Shown piece by piece: positions 32,896 through 49,003 of a stretch of DNA of 64,000 nucleotides. A program made the translations under genes and the position numbers. Below the pieces are notes generated by a model that was not told the origin of the DNA, searched no databases, and was given only the letters and a program-made list of their open reading frames with translations. Positions within the stretch are counted from its first letter, which is position 1. Each line of letters opens with the position of its first letter. Source of the DNA: the human T2T-CHM13v2.0 reference genome, Homo sapiens. The stretch is from NCBI RefSeq assembly GCF_009914755.1, contig NC_060931.1. One strand, 5' to 3'.

Positions 32896-34580
32896 AGAGA
32901 AACTAGGGACACTACTACTCAACTTAAAAAAAAATACTATGAATAATTGTATGCCAACAAATTAGGTAACCCAGATGAAATGGACAAATTCTTAGAAATA
33001 TGCATACTACAAAAACTGACTCAACACAAAAATTAAAAATTTTTTAAAGACTCAAGAAGAAAGAGCAAAATGAATAGACCTATAACAAACAGATTAATTC
33101 AATAACCAAAAGAACTTCCAAAAAGAAAAACTCTAAGACCAGATGGCTTCACTGGTGAGCTTTACCATAAACATTTTTTTTTTTAAATTAACAAAACCCC
33201 TTCATAAATTCTTCCAAAAATAAAAGAAGAGGAGCCATTTCCTAACTCATTCTGTGAGGCCAGTATCACCCAGATACCAAAGTCAGACAAAGATGTTACA
33301 GACCAATATCCTTTATGAGTACAGATGCAAATAATCCTCAATGAAATATGCACAAATTTAACATAGAGCATATTAAAAGGATTATACACCATGATCAAGG
33401 GATTTATCCCAGGAATGCAAGGGTTCAACATACAAAAATCAATCAATGTAATATGCCATGTTAATCGAATAAAGGGGGAAAACCACAATATCATCCAAAT
33501 TGATGCAGAACATTTTTTTTGACAGATTCCAACATTCATGATAAAAATATTCAACATCCTTGGAACAGAAACTCCCTCAACTAGATAAGGGACATCTATG
33601 AAAAACCCATTGCTTAACATCATATTTACTGGTGAAAGACCAAATGGCTTCCCCACTAATAACAGGAACAAGACTAGACTGCAATTGCCAAATAAGGTAT
33701 CTGGATTGGAATGGAAGAAGTAAAACTATCTCTATTGAAAAATGACATAATCTTATATATAGAAAACCCTAAAGAATCCACACAAAAGCTGTTAGTGCTA
33801 ATGAATAAGCTCTGCAGAACTGCAAAATACAAGATCAACATACTAAAATCAGCTGTATTTCAATATACCAGCAATGACAATCCAAAAATGAAATTCAGAA
33901 GAGAATTCCATCTACATTAGCATCAAAGAGAATAAAATACTTAGAAATAAACTTAACCAAAAAAATACAAGACTCATACACTGAAAATTACATTATTGAA
34001 AGAAACTGAAGACTTAGACATCCTGTGTTCACAGACTTAATAATATGAAGACATAATATTAGATGACAATATTCCTAAAATTAACCTACAGATTCAAAGC
34101 AATTTCTATCAAAGCCCCAAGTGCCTTTTTTATAGAAATGGATATGCTCATCCTAAAATTCATATAAAACTACAGGGGAGCCCAAATAGCAAAAACGATC
34201 TGGAAAAAGAACAAAGCTGGGGGACTCACACTTCCTATTTTAAAACTTACTACAAAGCAATAGTAATCAAAACAGTGTGGTACTGGCATAAGGAGAGACA
34301 TTATAGATCAACAGGATACAATTGAGAGTCCAGAAATAAAGCCATATATTTACAGTCAATTTTTTTTTTCAAGAGGGTGCCAATACCATTCAATGGGGGA
34401 AAAGTCTTTTTCAACAGTCTTTTCAACAAATGGTGCAGGAACAACTGGATATCCACTAGCAAAAGGATAAATCTGGACCCCCCTATGTCACACTATATAT
34501 AAAGATTAATTCAGAATAGAACAAAGATCTAAATTTAAGAGCTAAAATACTAAAACTCTTAGAATAAAACATAGAGGTAA

Positions 34581-34987
<407 letters not shown>

Positions 34988-35101
34988 TAAAACTTTTATG
35001 CAGCAAAGAACACTGTTAAGAAAGTAAAAAGATAACCCATAAAATGGGAGAAAATATTTGGAAATCATATATCTGATGAGTCTAATATCAAGAATATATA
35101 T

Positions 35102-35235
35102 GCTGAGCGTGGTGGCTCACGCCTGTAATCCCAGCACTTTGGGAGGCCAAGGCGGGCGGACCACCTGAGGTCAGGAGTTCAAGACCAGCCTGACCAACAT
35201 GCTGAAACCTGTCTCTACTAAAAATACAAAAATTA
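35102..35235 (+). mobile_element. AluS left arm only, truncated at the linker
   Basis: Ends at ctactaaaaatacaaaaatta, then L1 resumes. Confidence 0.85.
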
Positions 35236-36177
35236 TTGGACATTTCTCTAAGGAAGATATACAAATAATGGATAAATAGTGGACATTTCTCTAAGGAAGA
35301 TATACAAGTAGCCAATAAGCACATGAAAATACGCTCATCCTCATTAGTCATTAGGGAAATGCAAATCAAAACCACAATAAGATACTACTTCCTACCCTTT
35401 AGGATGCCTGTAATAATAACTAAACAGCAAAAAACAAAACGATGATGGAAAATAACAAGTGTAAACTAGGATGTGGAGAAACTGAAACCCTTGAACACCA
35501 CTGATGGGATGGTAAAATGATGCAGTGACTGGAAAACGGTTTGGCAGTCCCTCAAAATTTAAATACAGAATTCCATATGACCCAGCATTTCCATTCTTAG
35601 GTACATATCCAAGAATAAAAACATATGCATATGTTCACACAAAAACTTGCCCACAAATGTTCATAGCAGCATGATTCCCAATAGCCAAGAAGCAGAAACA
35701 ATCCAAATGTCAATCAATTAAAAGAATGTGGTCTATCCATGCAATCAAATATTACTTAGCAAGAAAAAGGAATGAAGTATTGATACAAGTTACGACAGGA
35801 TTGAACCTTGAAAACGTTATGCCAAGTGAAAGAAACCAACACAAAAGGCCACATACATATGATTTCATTTTCATGAAACATGTAGAACAGGCAAATTCAT
35901 AGGGACAGAAGCAGATTAGTAGTTGTAAAGCCTAGGGTTGGGGGAACAGAAAGTGACTGCTAAATGAGTATTGGGTTTCTTTTGGGGGTGATGAAAATGT
36001 TCTAGAGTTAGATAGTGGTGATGGTTGTACAACACTGGGAATGTACTAAGAGCCACTTAATTATACACGTAAATTTTATGTTGCAAGAATTTTACCTCAA
36101 CTTTTTTTTAAAGACAGCTCTATATTATACTGATATGGGAGGATCTCTAAGATAGTTCCTATTTATTTCTGCATTGT

Positions 36178-36303
36178 TATTTTTAGACAGGGTCTTGCCC
36201 TGTACCCAGGCTGCAGTACGTGATGCAATGACAGCTCACTGCAGCCTCAACCTTCTGGGCTCAAGCGATCGTCCCATCTCAGCCTCCTGAGAAGCTAACA
36301 TGC

Positions 36304-36340
<37 letters not shown>

Positions 36341-36390
36341 GACAGGGTCTCGCTATTTTGCCCAGCCTGGTCTTGAATTCCTGATCTCCA
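36178..36390 (-). mobile_element. Partial AluJ with an expanded T linker of about 30 nt
   Basis: agacagggtcttgc..ggctcaagcgatc..T-run..agagacagggtctcgctat. Confidence 0.8.
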
Positions 36391-37216
36391 GGATATATTG
36401 AGGAAAAAAGCAAAGTAAAGAACAGTGTATAGTGTGCTTCTTCTTAAAGGGGGATGGGGAGGTAGAGAAAGAATATATGTACGAGTATTTTTATCTAGCG
36501 TATCTTTGCTAAAATATACAAGGAATTGTTACCAGTGGATTGCCTCTGGGGAAGAGAACTTGAAGGCAAAGGCCAGGCGTGAAGAGATTTCCTTTCCAAA
36601 TAAGCCATCTTGTACAGTTTAAATATTACACTGTGTATATATCACCTTCCCTCCCCACAAAGAAATTAACCTTTTAGAAAGAGTAAATATGTAAATAAAG
36701 GGGCCATTATATAATGAAAATATGCTCACAGGAAGGTTGTTGACCCATGCCAGGAGAAAGAAAACACTGGGAATGAGATTCTAGAAGTGTTTATCTAACA
36801 GTGACAGATATTGGAGTAATTTTAAAAAATATAATTAGGCATTTCCCAAATACAAGATTATATAAACAGTACAATGCATCATAATAGAAGCTGGAAGGCT
36901 GTGTATGTGACAACAGCCTGCTCAATGATAAGCTCCAATCCTCAGGACCCATGGCTCTCCAGGGACAGGAAAACCTGGGCAGCTTCCTCCTCTCACTTCA
37001 GATCTCCCCAGTTGGGGGCCTTTGGGCACTGACAGGTAAGGGGGTTCTCTATATTGAAAGGAGCTTTCAAACACCATTTCTATGATTCAAGGAGAAAGAG
37101 AGATTGTATAAAATACTCATGGTTATAGTCCAACACCCCATTTTCAACTCTTTTGTCTTGACTCTGAAGATCTTCCAACTGTCCCTAAAAATTTGATGTA
37201 TTGGTTTAACTCATGG

Positions 37217-37618
37217 TGATACGGTTTGGATATGTGTCCTCTCCAAATCTCATACTGAAATGTGACCTCCAGTGCTGGAGATGGGGCTTACTGGGAGATA
37301 TTGGGTCATGGGCACAGACCCCTCATGAATGGGTTGGTGCCATCCCCATGGTAAAGAGTCAGTTCTTGCCCTGGTAGTTCCCATGAGATCTGGTTGTTTA
37401 AGGAGCCTGGCACCTCACCCCTTCCCTCACCATGTGATGCCTGCTCTCTGTCTTCCGCTATGATTGGAAACTTCCTGAGGCCTCCCCAGAAGCTAAGCAG
37501 ATGCCAACACCATGCTTTGTGTACAGCCTGCAGGACCGTGAGCCAATCAAACCTCTTTTCTTTGTAAATTACTCAGTCTCAGGTATTTCTTTTTAGTAAT
37601 GCAGGAATGAACTAACAA
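37217..37618 (+). mobile_element. MSTB-like MaLR solo LTR
   Basis: tgatacggtttggatatgtgtcc..cagcctgcaggaccgtgagccaat; TSD-like catgg/tatgg. Confidence 0.8.
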
Positions 37619-39304
37619 GTATGGCTTCAAAGTCTCCAGGTACACTTACAGGCATCAGACAAAAAGATGTCCTATCATTGTCTATTACTACCTACAGTCT
37701 CCAACACAACCTAAACAAAGCAACTTGTTTCACCCACACTCCCTCAGAGTCGTGATTGTTTTCCACTTCCATCAGATTACCACCAAATCCTCTCTCCTGA
37801 GTTTTAAATTCATGACAGAAGCTGCTACTGATTCTGTCTACAATGGCAGAATCTCCCAAAGAAGCCGAGAGTGAGAGCCAGTCCTTCCTGCCCTGTCTTC
37901 TTTATTTCTAGAGCTGAAAAAAAAAAAAAACAAACCTGGAAGCCCCACTCAGCAGCAGCTTTTGCAGTCTGTGGCTTAATTTAAGGAAGTATTCCACGAA
38001 ACCTCTGAAGAGAATCTAAATTTAGATTAAAGTCTTTCACCATCAATGGCAGCTTCTCAGCTAGGGAACCCACATGCAGAGCAGTGTAGTGGGAAAGGGA
38101 GAAAAAAAAAAAAACAACTTTAAAGTACAGATAAATGTGTCATCATTGAGGGAAGTGAAGCTGGCATTATTTAGCCCAAAAAGATTTGTTTTTTTTTTTT
38201 CCCCAACATCTTAATTCTTGATAAAGGGGTGGTATACAAAAACTTTTAGGGAAAGAAACAGTGAAATAAGGAAGATGGATTTTCTTTACAAGATTTCTAT
38301 TAAGAGAGCAAATAAGCTATTCTGTATAACAGGATGTCTGTAACGATAAAATCGGGCATCAAGATATTGAAATTAACACTGTCTCCAACAGAGTTCTCTA
38401 ACACTGAGTCAGATGGGAGAGGAAAACCATCTACTTACCAGTTCTGTTTCCCCAACACCCTGCTCTTCCCAAATATGTCAATTTAGACCTTGAATTCTGA
38501 GATGGTAAGAGTCAAAGCAAAAAAAAAAAAAAAAAATAGTGTGAGTTGAGATTAATGACAATTAACAGGGAAATAATGCTATTTTCTATGCATTTTTCTA
38601 ACCTTGAAGAGTAAAGCTGATCCATTTAAAAGCTAATCTTACCCAATGTTCCATTCCCAAAATAAAATTAAGATATTGTATATAATTTCTAAATTAACAC
38701 TTAGCAGACCTATCCTCTCTCTCCTCCAAAACAACACCTAGTTTGCAAGCCATATCTATAGACAGATTTCAGCAGATAACTGTGTAAAAGAAAAGAGAGT
38801 GATATTTTCTCTGTTCTTTAACACTCGCATCCTCCTCTTCTCCCCGCCCCCAGTCAGCTGGGAAACACTCCCAGATCCTTCCCAAGCTTAGTTTGGAAGT
38901 AAAGCTCAGCTTTGATAAACACTCAGCCCAGGAAATGCTTTGGATCGTAGACCACTTAGAATAGTTAGCTTGTCCTTTCCCAAGAGGTCTCTTTTCAAAC
39001 TCGGTTTGATAGGCGATTTGGCGGTTTTTAAATTTTCACTAAAACCTCTTGGCGCATTGCTGAGAGATAAAATCATAGCAGTCTGGAAACTGTACACATG
39101 GTGTAGGGATGCACCACACCCAAGACAAGCTCCTCAAACTCCAGGGGAAAACCATTGTTCCAACGAGCTGCCAACAGGACTCTCTGCAGGAACCAGGGAG
39201 CGGCGAGGGGAACAGTCTCCACTGCGCATCACCTTCACTGCGCCATCTTGGTAGCTGCTTGATATAGTCAGCAACAAACGATGCTGGACCCAAGGAAAAG
39301 ACTA

Positions 39305-39995
<691 letters not shown>

Positions 39996-40536
39996 TCAAC
40001 CATGCCACAGGGCTTTTTTCTTTCTTTCTTTTTTTTTTTTTTTTTTTTTAACGTAATTAAAATTTCACATCACTTCTCTGTGTCTTTTGGACAACCACTG
40101 GTGTTGCACTTGGGAACTGTTCAAAATATCTCGAAGATCAAATAATTGTCTATAGTAGCAAATCCTCTCAACTTGGTTCATGAGTTCAAAGGCTAATGAA
40201 GCAGAATCCCAAACGCTGCCTCAAAGTGACAGGCAGGTTCATGAAACTGAACAGAATGTGAAGCCAAGTTCTTTCACCGAGAGAAAATGGTGGCAAGGCC
40301 TGAGGACAGAGCCAAACAGAAACACAGGACAGGGCTAGCGTAAACCGAGAATTCCCAAACTTCCGGAATTCACTGAAACTTTTATTTATTTTTTTTTTTA
40401 GTAAAACTGCAAGAGTGACCTTTCAAAAATATATATGCAATACATAATAATAAGGCAAAGTTTGCTCTGATTTTTAGTAAATAGCCAGTAGCAGTGTAAG
40501 CCAAGTTATAAATGGCAATAAAAAAATAAATATTAT

Positions 40537-40820
40537 GGCCAGGGCGTGGTGGCTTACGCCTGTAATTCCAGCACTTTGGGAGGCTGAGAGGATCACTAGA
40601 GACCAGGAGTTCGAGACCAGCCTGGGCAACATTGTGAGACCCTGTCTCTATAAAAAATTAAACAATTAGCCGGGCATGGTAGTGCACACCTGTAGTCCCA
40701 GCTACTCAGGAGGCCAACGTGGGAGGATCTGCTTGAGCCCAGGAGGTTGAGGCTACAGTGAGCTATGATTGCACCGCTGCACTCTAGCCTGGGTGACAGA
40801 GAGAGACTCTGCCTCAAATA
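40537..40820 (+). mobile_element. AluJ
   Basis: J-type dimer; TSD-like taaatatta. Confidence 0.85.
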
Positions 40821-42323
40821 TTTCAAAATAGATAGATAGATAAATATTAGGTTGGTAAGAGGGGATGGGAATGTGGGGAGAACAAATATTATTTTCCATT
40901 TTATATGGTTACTCATCTGTATCATAATAAAGCTTGCATCACTTCCCCTCCATGCCACAGCCCTTGAACTGATCACTTTCTGAGAACGTTGGCTAAACAT
41001 GAGAGCTCCTAACTGAATGATATAGTAAGAGTTTAATCTAGAGACAAAAAGGAAAAGAACTAGATTTAGAAACAATCTTTACTCCAACTTACAAAGTAAG
41101 AAGCCAAATATCTTCCCAAAGCAGTTCAACTTTAGTCCACTTGCAAAATACTCTCAGTGCAGCCTTAGGCAAGTCAGCCCCTAACATGTGCTGGGCAACA
41201 GCTGGGTGCCAGGTTACTTCACTTGTTCCTTGCAACAACAACCTGATGGGGTAGGTCTTGTCTGAGGCTTAAAGATGAAGCACATGATTTGGCCAAGGCT
41301 ACTGGTATGTGGTGGAACTGGGTTGGCTGACTCCATTGCATCTCACCGTCTCAAAAATAGGGACAAGAATACGACCTATCTTGTGAGTTTATCAAGAGGA
41401 GGAAATACAACTCATGAAAAGTGCTTGGCCTCATTGCTGCCTGGCAAATAGTAAAGAGCTTCAATAATTGACAAATAGCTTTATTATTATTGTCCAAAGT
41501 CACCCCACTAGCAAGCAGCAGAGCTGTACTGGAAATCCAGGTTAGCAGCAGTCTTAAACCCACACTCCAAGTGGTGGTCACCTTAGAATAGTAAGGTATA
41601 GCTTACCAGCCTCGCCCAGTTTCCATTTAAAAAGGCCAAAGGGCAGAAGGGGCACTCCAAAGTCCCAATACTGAAGCTTTAATGCTAGCACTTGGCAGAA
41701 TCTCATTCTAGAATACTTTTGGAGAGACTCCAAGCTTTGGGCATGAAGGCTGCACAGCTCTAGCAAAAGTGATCCAACGGCAGGGAAGGGAAAACGGGAC
41801 AGGCGCTTCTACAGAATCTGCCTCTCTACCTGAACAGTTCCCTTCTGTGCACTTTAGGTTTGACCTACTTTGCCCACAAAAAGGTTTTAAGCAGTATCTG
41901 ACTGTAAATGGAAGTAGGTCCAGTGTCAAAAAGGAAAAAAAAAAAAGTCACTACACAAATACTAACTTACCATTGACTGGAGGAGCCACAGTTGGGATCC
42001 AACTAGTACTTCTAAGAAGGTTTTAAGAAAGCATGTTACAATAAAGCAGCAAGATACTAAAGCAAGGACATCCAGGGCAGGGCCAACTAAACTTCCCTCT
42101 GAATGCCACTGCGCTTTATCAAGACATCCGTCATCATACAAAAATTTAACTTACTTACAGACACTTCTCACCTACTTGGAGTGGTTTTTCAAGGGCCAAA
42201 TAGAAACCTGACATTAACTTAGTAACCATGTACAGAATGGATAAACAGTATTTACTTCCTCTGGTCTCTACCCTGTTTATTATATCCAGTACTCCACTTG
42301 CCAGACAACCTAGAGCATAGTAG

Positions 42324-43055
<732 letters not shown>

Positions 43056-43653
43056 TGAAAGGAAAAGTCCCTACTTTCTACCCAGCAGGCCTATAAAATT
43101 ACAATTTATCATCTCATTTCCTGATCCAATCTCCCCGACAACTCACGACTTCTACAGAAGCCAAGTGTCCTCTCTTCCCTCTACCTGCCTGGCACCTCTT
43201 CTGTCCGTCTGACCTGCAAAGCAGCCAGACTCATGTCCACTCTGTCTTCGCTTATGCTATTACCACATGGTCTCTCAGCCCACCCAGATCTTTCTAGAGC
43301 CAGTTCACATTTGGCCTCCCCAGCAACTAGACTCAGGGGCGCTTTGTATTGTTACTTAACTGTTTCTAGCGAATGTACCATTTCCCTATGGCTGTTAAGT
43401 TTCTGGTAGAGACAGTCTTTTTCAATACTCCTCTCTATTGACTGTAGTATTCAATGAGAACAGCGAGCATGTATGGCGTTGGTATTTATCTTCCTTTAGA
43501 ATGACGAGAAAATTAATATCAAATTCTAATGCAAAAATTATAAGCCTTAATATTAAAGAATCAAGCCTCATTTCAAATAATAAAGTACTTATTTCTTCTT
43601 TATACTTTTCAATAAGCATATATTCCTTTTTTTTTTTTTTTAATTATGGGCTG

Positions 43654-43973
<320 letters not shown>

Positions 43974-44119
43974 TTATGTATACAGATATTTGCGTGGCAA
44001 CACATTGGGATAAGATGCATTGATCTGATATTTGTATATTTAAAGTTATTATTCTTTAATTAGATGCTTTTTTGTTCTTAAGCATTTGATCATCTGAACT
44101 GGGTTCATTCAAAGTGTTA

Positions 44120-44500
44120 TGAATTTCACAGCTATTAAAAAGAAATCAGCTATATCAAGAGGAGCTGTGTGATGTAGAAACAAATTAACATAACAGAAGT
44201 TTATTTCTTGCTCAACTACGTGTTCAGCATAGGTTGGGTCTGAGCAGGGGCCAGGGGGGAAGGGCCAGCTTCGGCTTCACGTAATCACTCAGGGATCTAG
44301 GCTGATAGAGGCTCCACCACATGACACACAGCTTCTGTGGCAGAGCTGGAGGTTCCTAGTGCTTCAGCCCCGAAGTGGGACAACTTACTTCTCACAGTTT
44401 GCTAGCCAGAAGTAGTTACATGGTCCCACCTAACTGCAAGGTCACACGGGAACGTTGACGAGCACAGGGATAGTCATTGCATAGTGAATGTTCCTGCCAC
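44120..44500 (-). mobile_element. Old MLT1-type LTR remnant
   Basis: gaagtttatttcttgctca..gccagaagtagttacatggtcccacctaactgcaagg. Confidence 0.55.
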
Positions 44501-44688
44501 GCAGGCAGATCAGGAGGTAAGGAAACAGAGAAATCCCTGATCCGTATGTGCAAAAAGCAAGTATACAACAATGCACACACAATGCTCCCATCTGTGTTAA
44601 AAGAAAAAGAGGGAGGGAGTGAGAAAAGGAAGAGGCATTTTAAAAAAATCTCTGGAAGAACACAAGAATACCATGGTAAGAAAAGCTC

Positions 44689-44835
44689 GGCCGGGCCTGG
44701 TGGCTCACGGCTGTAATCCTAGCAGTTTGGAAGGCCGAGATGGGAGGATCACTTGAGGCCAGGAGTTCAAAACCAGCCTGGTCAACATAGCAAGACCCCA
44801 TCTCTAAAAAAAATTTAAAATAAAATTAAAAAAAA
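44689..44835 (+). mobile_element. FLAM_C-like monomer
   Basis: Left monomer with A tail; TSD-like aagaa(a/c)agctc. Confidence 0.8.
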
Positions 44836-46399
44836 GAACAGCTCTTTCTCTGGAGGCAAGCTGGTTAACAAGGGACAGAGGGGAAAGGAGGCATATTTTT
44901 CACAATCACCCTTTTATACCATATGTATGTATTATCTACTTAGAAATACTAACTAAAATAATGTTTAGGCTTTGAGACATGCACTTCAAATTAACAAGTT
45001 GGGGTTTTTTCCTGAATAAAGTCCAATTTATTCTAGTATGAGAAACACCAAATCCTTGACTCATACTGCTTGAAATGAAACACTGGGAGTAACTGTGACA
45101 AAATCATATCCTTTTGTCAAGTCTTGCTGAGAGATCGTGGACTGGCTTGCGTCTATTCTAAATATAAACAACGCTACTACATAGGCGATACGAAATGTAC
45201 TTAAATCGATAAACTGTCTCCTTTTGAGAATAATTTTACTTTTATTTCAATTCAGGTTCCATTTTCTAAACCAAAACTCCTTTTCTAAAATAAAAAGGTA
45301 CTTTTTGTACTGTTCGGATGAACCCTATGCAAAATACAGTAAATAAACCCTCTGGGGTTTCCAAAAAAAAATAATATCGCTGTTTCAGAATGCATTAAGA
45401 TATGGAATGTACCAGGGTACAGTCTTTTACAAAATTATACTCAACACCCTCAAATAATACTTAAATACATCACATGCCAGATGTGCCAGGAGATAGCCTC
45501 TGGGGCTTATGACAAGATGACCGAATGGCTCATCTGTTCTCATGTGGTTGTCTTAAAAGCAGAATCCTGCTGACATTTGGCTGATGAGGTTAAGCCATGA
45601 ATGACGCAGTCAGTAAACAGGTCAAGTCCCCAAAACGGCTTCCGTAATTCATTTCAATATTAATATCAAAAAGCAAGCCTTTACAAAAAAAACAGGCTTA
45701 TAATAAATATCCCATTCATAACATTCTAAATACCAGGCTCCTAAGGGAAATGGCATTCTCACAAGGCTATATGCTATCCTTGCAGGTTTTACTTCTAAAT
45801 TTATGCTAAGCGTATTACATAGCAACTTTTTACTCTACAAGTTGGTCCTTAAATAGCCTGTGACTATCATTCAAGCTCTATAATACCCTGTCCACATTTA
45901 AATTTTAGTGGAAAATCAACTACCACGCATTGCTTTCAAATATCAATATTGTACTTTCTAAACTGAATGTGCTGGGTGTATCAAAGGTGTTTACCTAAGC
46001 AGGCTTTCTGCCAATAGTTCGTGCTACTCTAAGAGGTTACCGGCACTACCATTTAACCTGCCTTTACCTCCCAAACAGGTTTATTCAAGCAATAGCAACG
46101 ATGTCCAAAAACATGTCTCATATTTTTTCTAAATCACTGAAGAAAAGTAAATAACCGAAGTTGCCAAGCCAATCTTAGGTGTTATATAATCCATTATTTA
46201 AGCCTACAGAATAAATGAGTGATTATTAAATTTCTAGTGTTGCAACACGAGGCCAAATTCAATGTTAAGTTTAGAACAAAAACAAAATTGAAAAGAAACT
46301 TTAGATCATACTCTATTATGTTTAAACCAAGACAGATGGTGTATATTTATGAGTATGCAAACAATTCCCAGGACTTCCAAGTCAGAGGCAGCCCTAAAA

Positions 46400-46554
46400 C
46401 CATATATCATTGATTTCAAGACACATTTTTTCATATGTTTTGAAATCTTCAAATGAATCACATTTTGCAATATAATTACCTGTGTTTCTTTTTACGTAGT
46501 ACATAAAACAATGGTATGACTTGCAAGCGGTCATCTTAGATTCATTGAAATAAG
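46400..46554. mobile_element. MER104-like (TcMar-Tc2) MITE
   Basis: Termini ccatatatcattgatttcaagac / catcttagattcattgaaata; internal gtacataaaacaatggt. Confidence 0.6.
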
Positions 46555-46685
46555 ACCATGTTACTATTAGCTAACACATATTGAACACATTATGTACCAG
46601 ACAGTGCATGTGGATTATTTCATTTACTACCCACAACAACACTGAAGTGATTCCAGTTATTTCCCCATTTTTACGTTATGTTATT

Positions 46686-46970
46686 ATTTTAAGATGGTCT
46701 CACCCTGTCACCCAGGCTAGAGTGCAGTGGCACAATCACAGCTCATTGTAGCCTCAACCTCTTGAGCTCAAACAATTCTCCCACCTCAGCTCCCAAGTAG
46801 CTGGGACTACAGGTGTGCACCACTATGCCCAGCTAATTTTTTTCTATTTTTGTATAGATAGGGTCTTGCTGTGTTGCCCCAGCTGGTCTCAAACTCCTGG
46901 GCTCAAGTGATCCTTCCACCTCAACCTCCCCAAATATTGGGATTACGGGTGTGAGCCACTGTACCCAGCC
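46686..46970 (-). mobile_element. AluJ
   Basis: Antisense dimer; TSD-like ttccccattttta. Confidence 0.85.
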
Positions 46971-47433
46971 TTCCCCCATTTTTATAGCTAAGGAAACTAA
47001 GAAATGATGTCATTTGTGTAAAGGCACAGGCTGGCTCCAGCCGAGCCCTTCATCATTCCACCTTGCTGATTCCACAAACGGAAGAGCTTGGCGGTCTGTG
47101 GGATTCAACCATTCCTGGAACACAGGTTCGAACTTCAGCGAAGCATCTTACAAAAACTTTTTTTCTTTTTAAGAATATAGAAGTGAAAATACAGAGCCCC
47201 AGATATCAAGAACAGACATTAATTCAAAGAATTTATTATAGGGTAGGGCTGATAATCAACTATCCTATAAAAATCATATTATTGCATAAAAACTAAATTA
47301 TTTTTCTTTCTACACATCCTGAATTCAATTTACAGATAATCAGCATGTATTTCTCTCTCTTAAAACTGCTCTGTTATCTCTAGAGAAATAATTTAAGAAT
47401 GTATTCCTATAATCTGTACCTGAATTTTGTTTA

Positions 47434-47763
<330 letters not shown>

Positions 47764-48019
47764 TTATACAACAATCCAGGAACATTCTGCAATACAAATT
47801 GACAACAAAATTTATGGGGCTAAGTTCACATATAAAGGTACCACTCCTAACCCTTGGTCAAAAATTCTTGGCACTTTTACCAAATCTTTTGCTTCATACT
47901 ACCACAAAGAAGGTATACTTCTTTTTCAGAAGTGCATTAAATGGTAGCTGTACCTTCCTTTTACTCAGCATAATGAAGCTAACATTATAAATTTTAAAAG
48001 AAAACAATCGGTATCATCT

Positions 48020-48500
48020 AGTTATTTATTGATTGCCCACCTGGCATCCATATTCCTGTTCCCCCAAACAACCCAAGTCTGTATTGTGGGTGGGACTAAC
48101 CCCCTGATTAGATTCAAAGATGGAACCTAATTGTCCAACGAGCACATCCCATCATCCCAGCCACAGCGGTTGGTTCAGCAATGAACACTTGACCCAAATT
48201 AGGCCAATGAGACAAGAGGATTCAACTCCAGGCCTTCTACCCCAGGACTGAGCTGTTGAAGAAGCAGACTTTTAACTTTTCTGCTGGATTTAAAGCTGCA
48301 AGCAAACAGCCATGGAGCTTTTGAGCACAAGGGGAAGAGATGGTCATGAATAGTGCTGAGGTCAAAACACTGAGATATAGAGAGAAACCAGGTCCTTGCT
48401 TTGCCATTGGAATGACTTGGGCTTTTCAGTGAAGTCACTAAAATTCTCTCTATTGAGCTAATTTAACCTAGGTTTTCTGCTACTTACATCTGAAGGTATC
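48020..48500 (+). mobile_element. Old MLT1K/L-type LTR remnant
   Basis: ccagccacagcggttggttcagcaatgaacacttgacccaaattaggccaatgaga. Confidence 0.55.
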
Positions 48501-48747
48501 CTGCTTTTAAACAACAACAACATTAGGAAGTGCGATATTGTACATAAAAGACAGAATTAAAAATGTGGAAATTAGCTGAAGAAAGGAGGCAGGGTGAAAA
48601 ATCAATGAATACCCTCCTCACCCGGCCTGAGAATTTAACTATCTTTATTATCAGGGAAAGAAACAATCAGACTGTGGTCTGATGCAACCACCAAGACTAC
48701 AAGGAACACTAAGGGACTTGGTAGGAAAGAATCAAGGAAATGGGTAG

Positions 48748-49003
48748 GTGGGTGGTTCTTGCCTGTAATCCTAGTACTTTGGGAGACCAAGATGGGAGGA
48801 TCGCTTGAAGCCAGGAGTTCTGGACAAGCCTGGGCAATATAGTGAGACCCTGTCTCTACAAAAAGTTTAAAAATTAGCTGGGCATGGTGGCTCATGCTGA
48901 GGTGGGGATGACTTGAGCCCAGGAGTTTGAGGCTGCAGTGGGCTATGACTGTGCCATTGTACTCCAGCCTGGGCGACAGAACAAGATCCTGTCTCAAAGA
49001 AAA
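48748..49003 (+). mobile_element. AluJ with internal deletion
   Basis: Alu dimer lacking part of the right arm. Confidence 0.8.

Noticed and set aside
32210-33920. L1 ORF2 fragments as an active or domesticated gene
   Set aside because: Many stops and frameshifts, nested Alus, and the RT catalytic motif has decayed to LKND.
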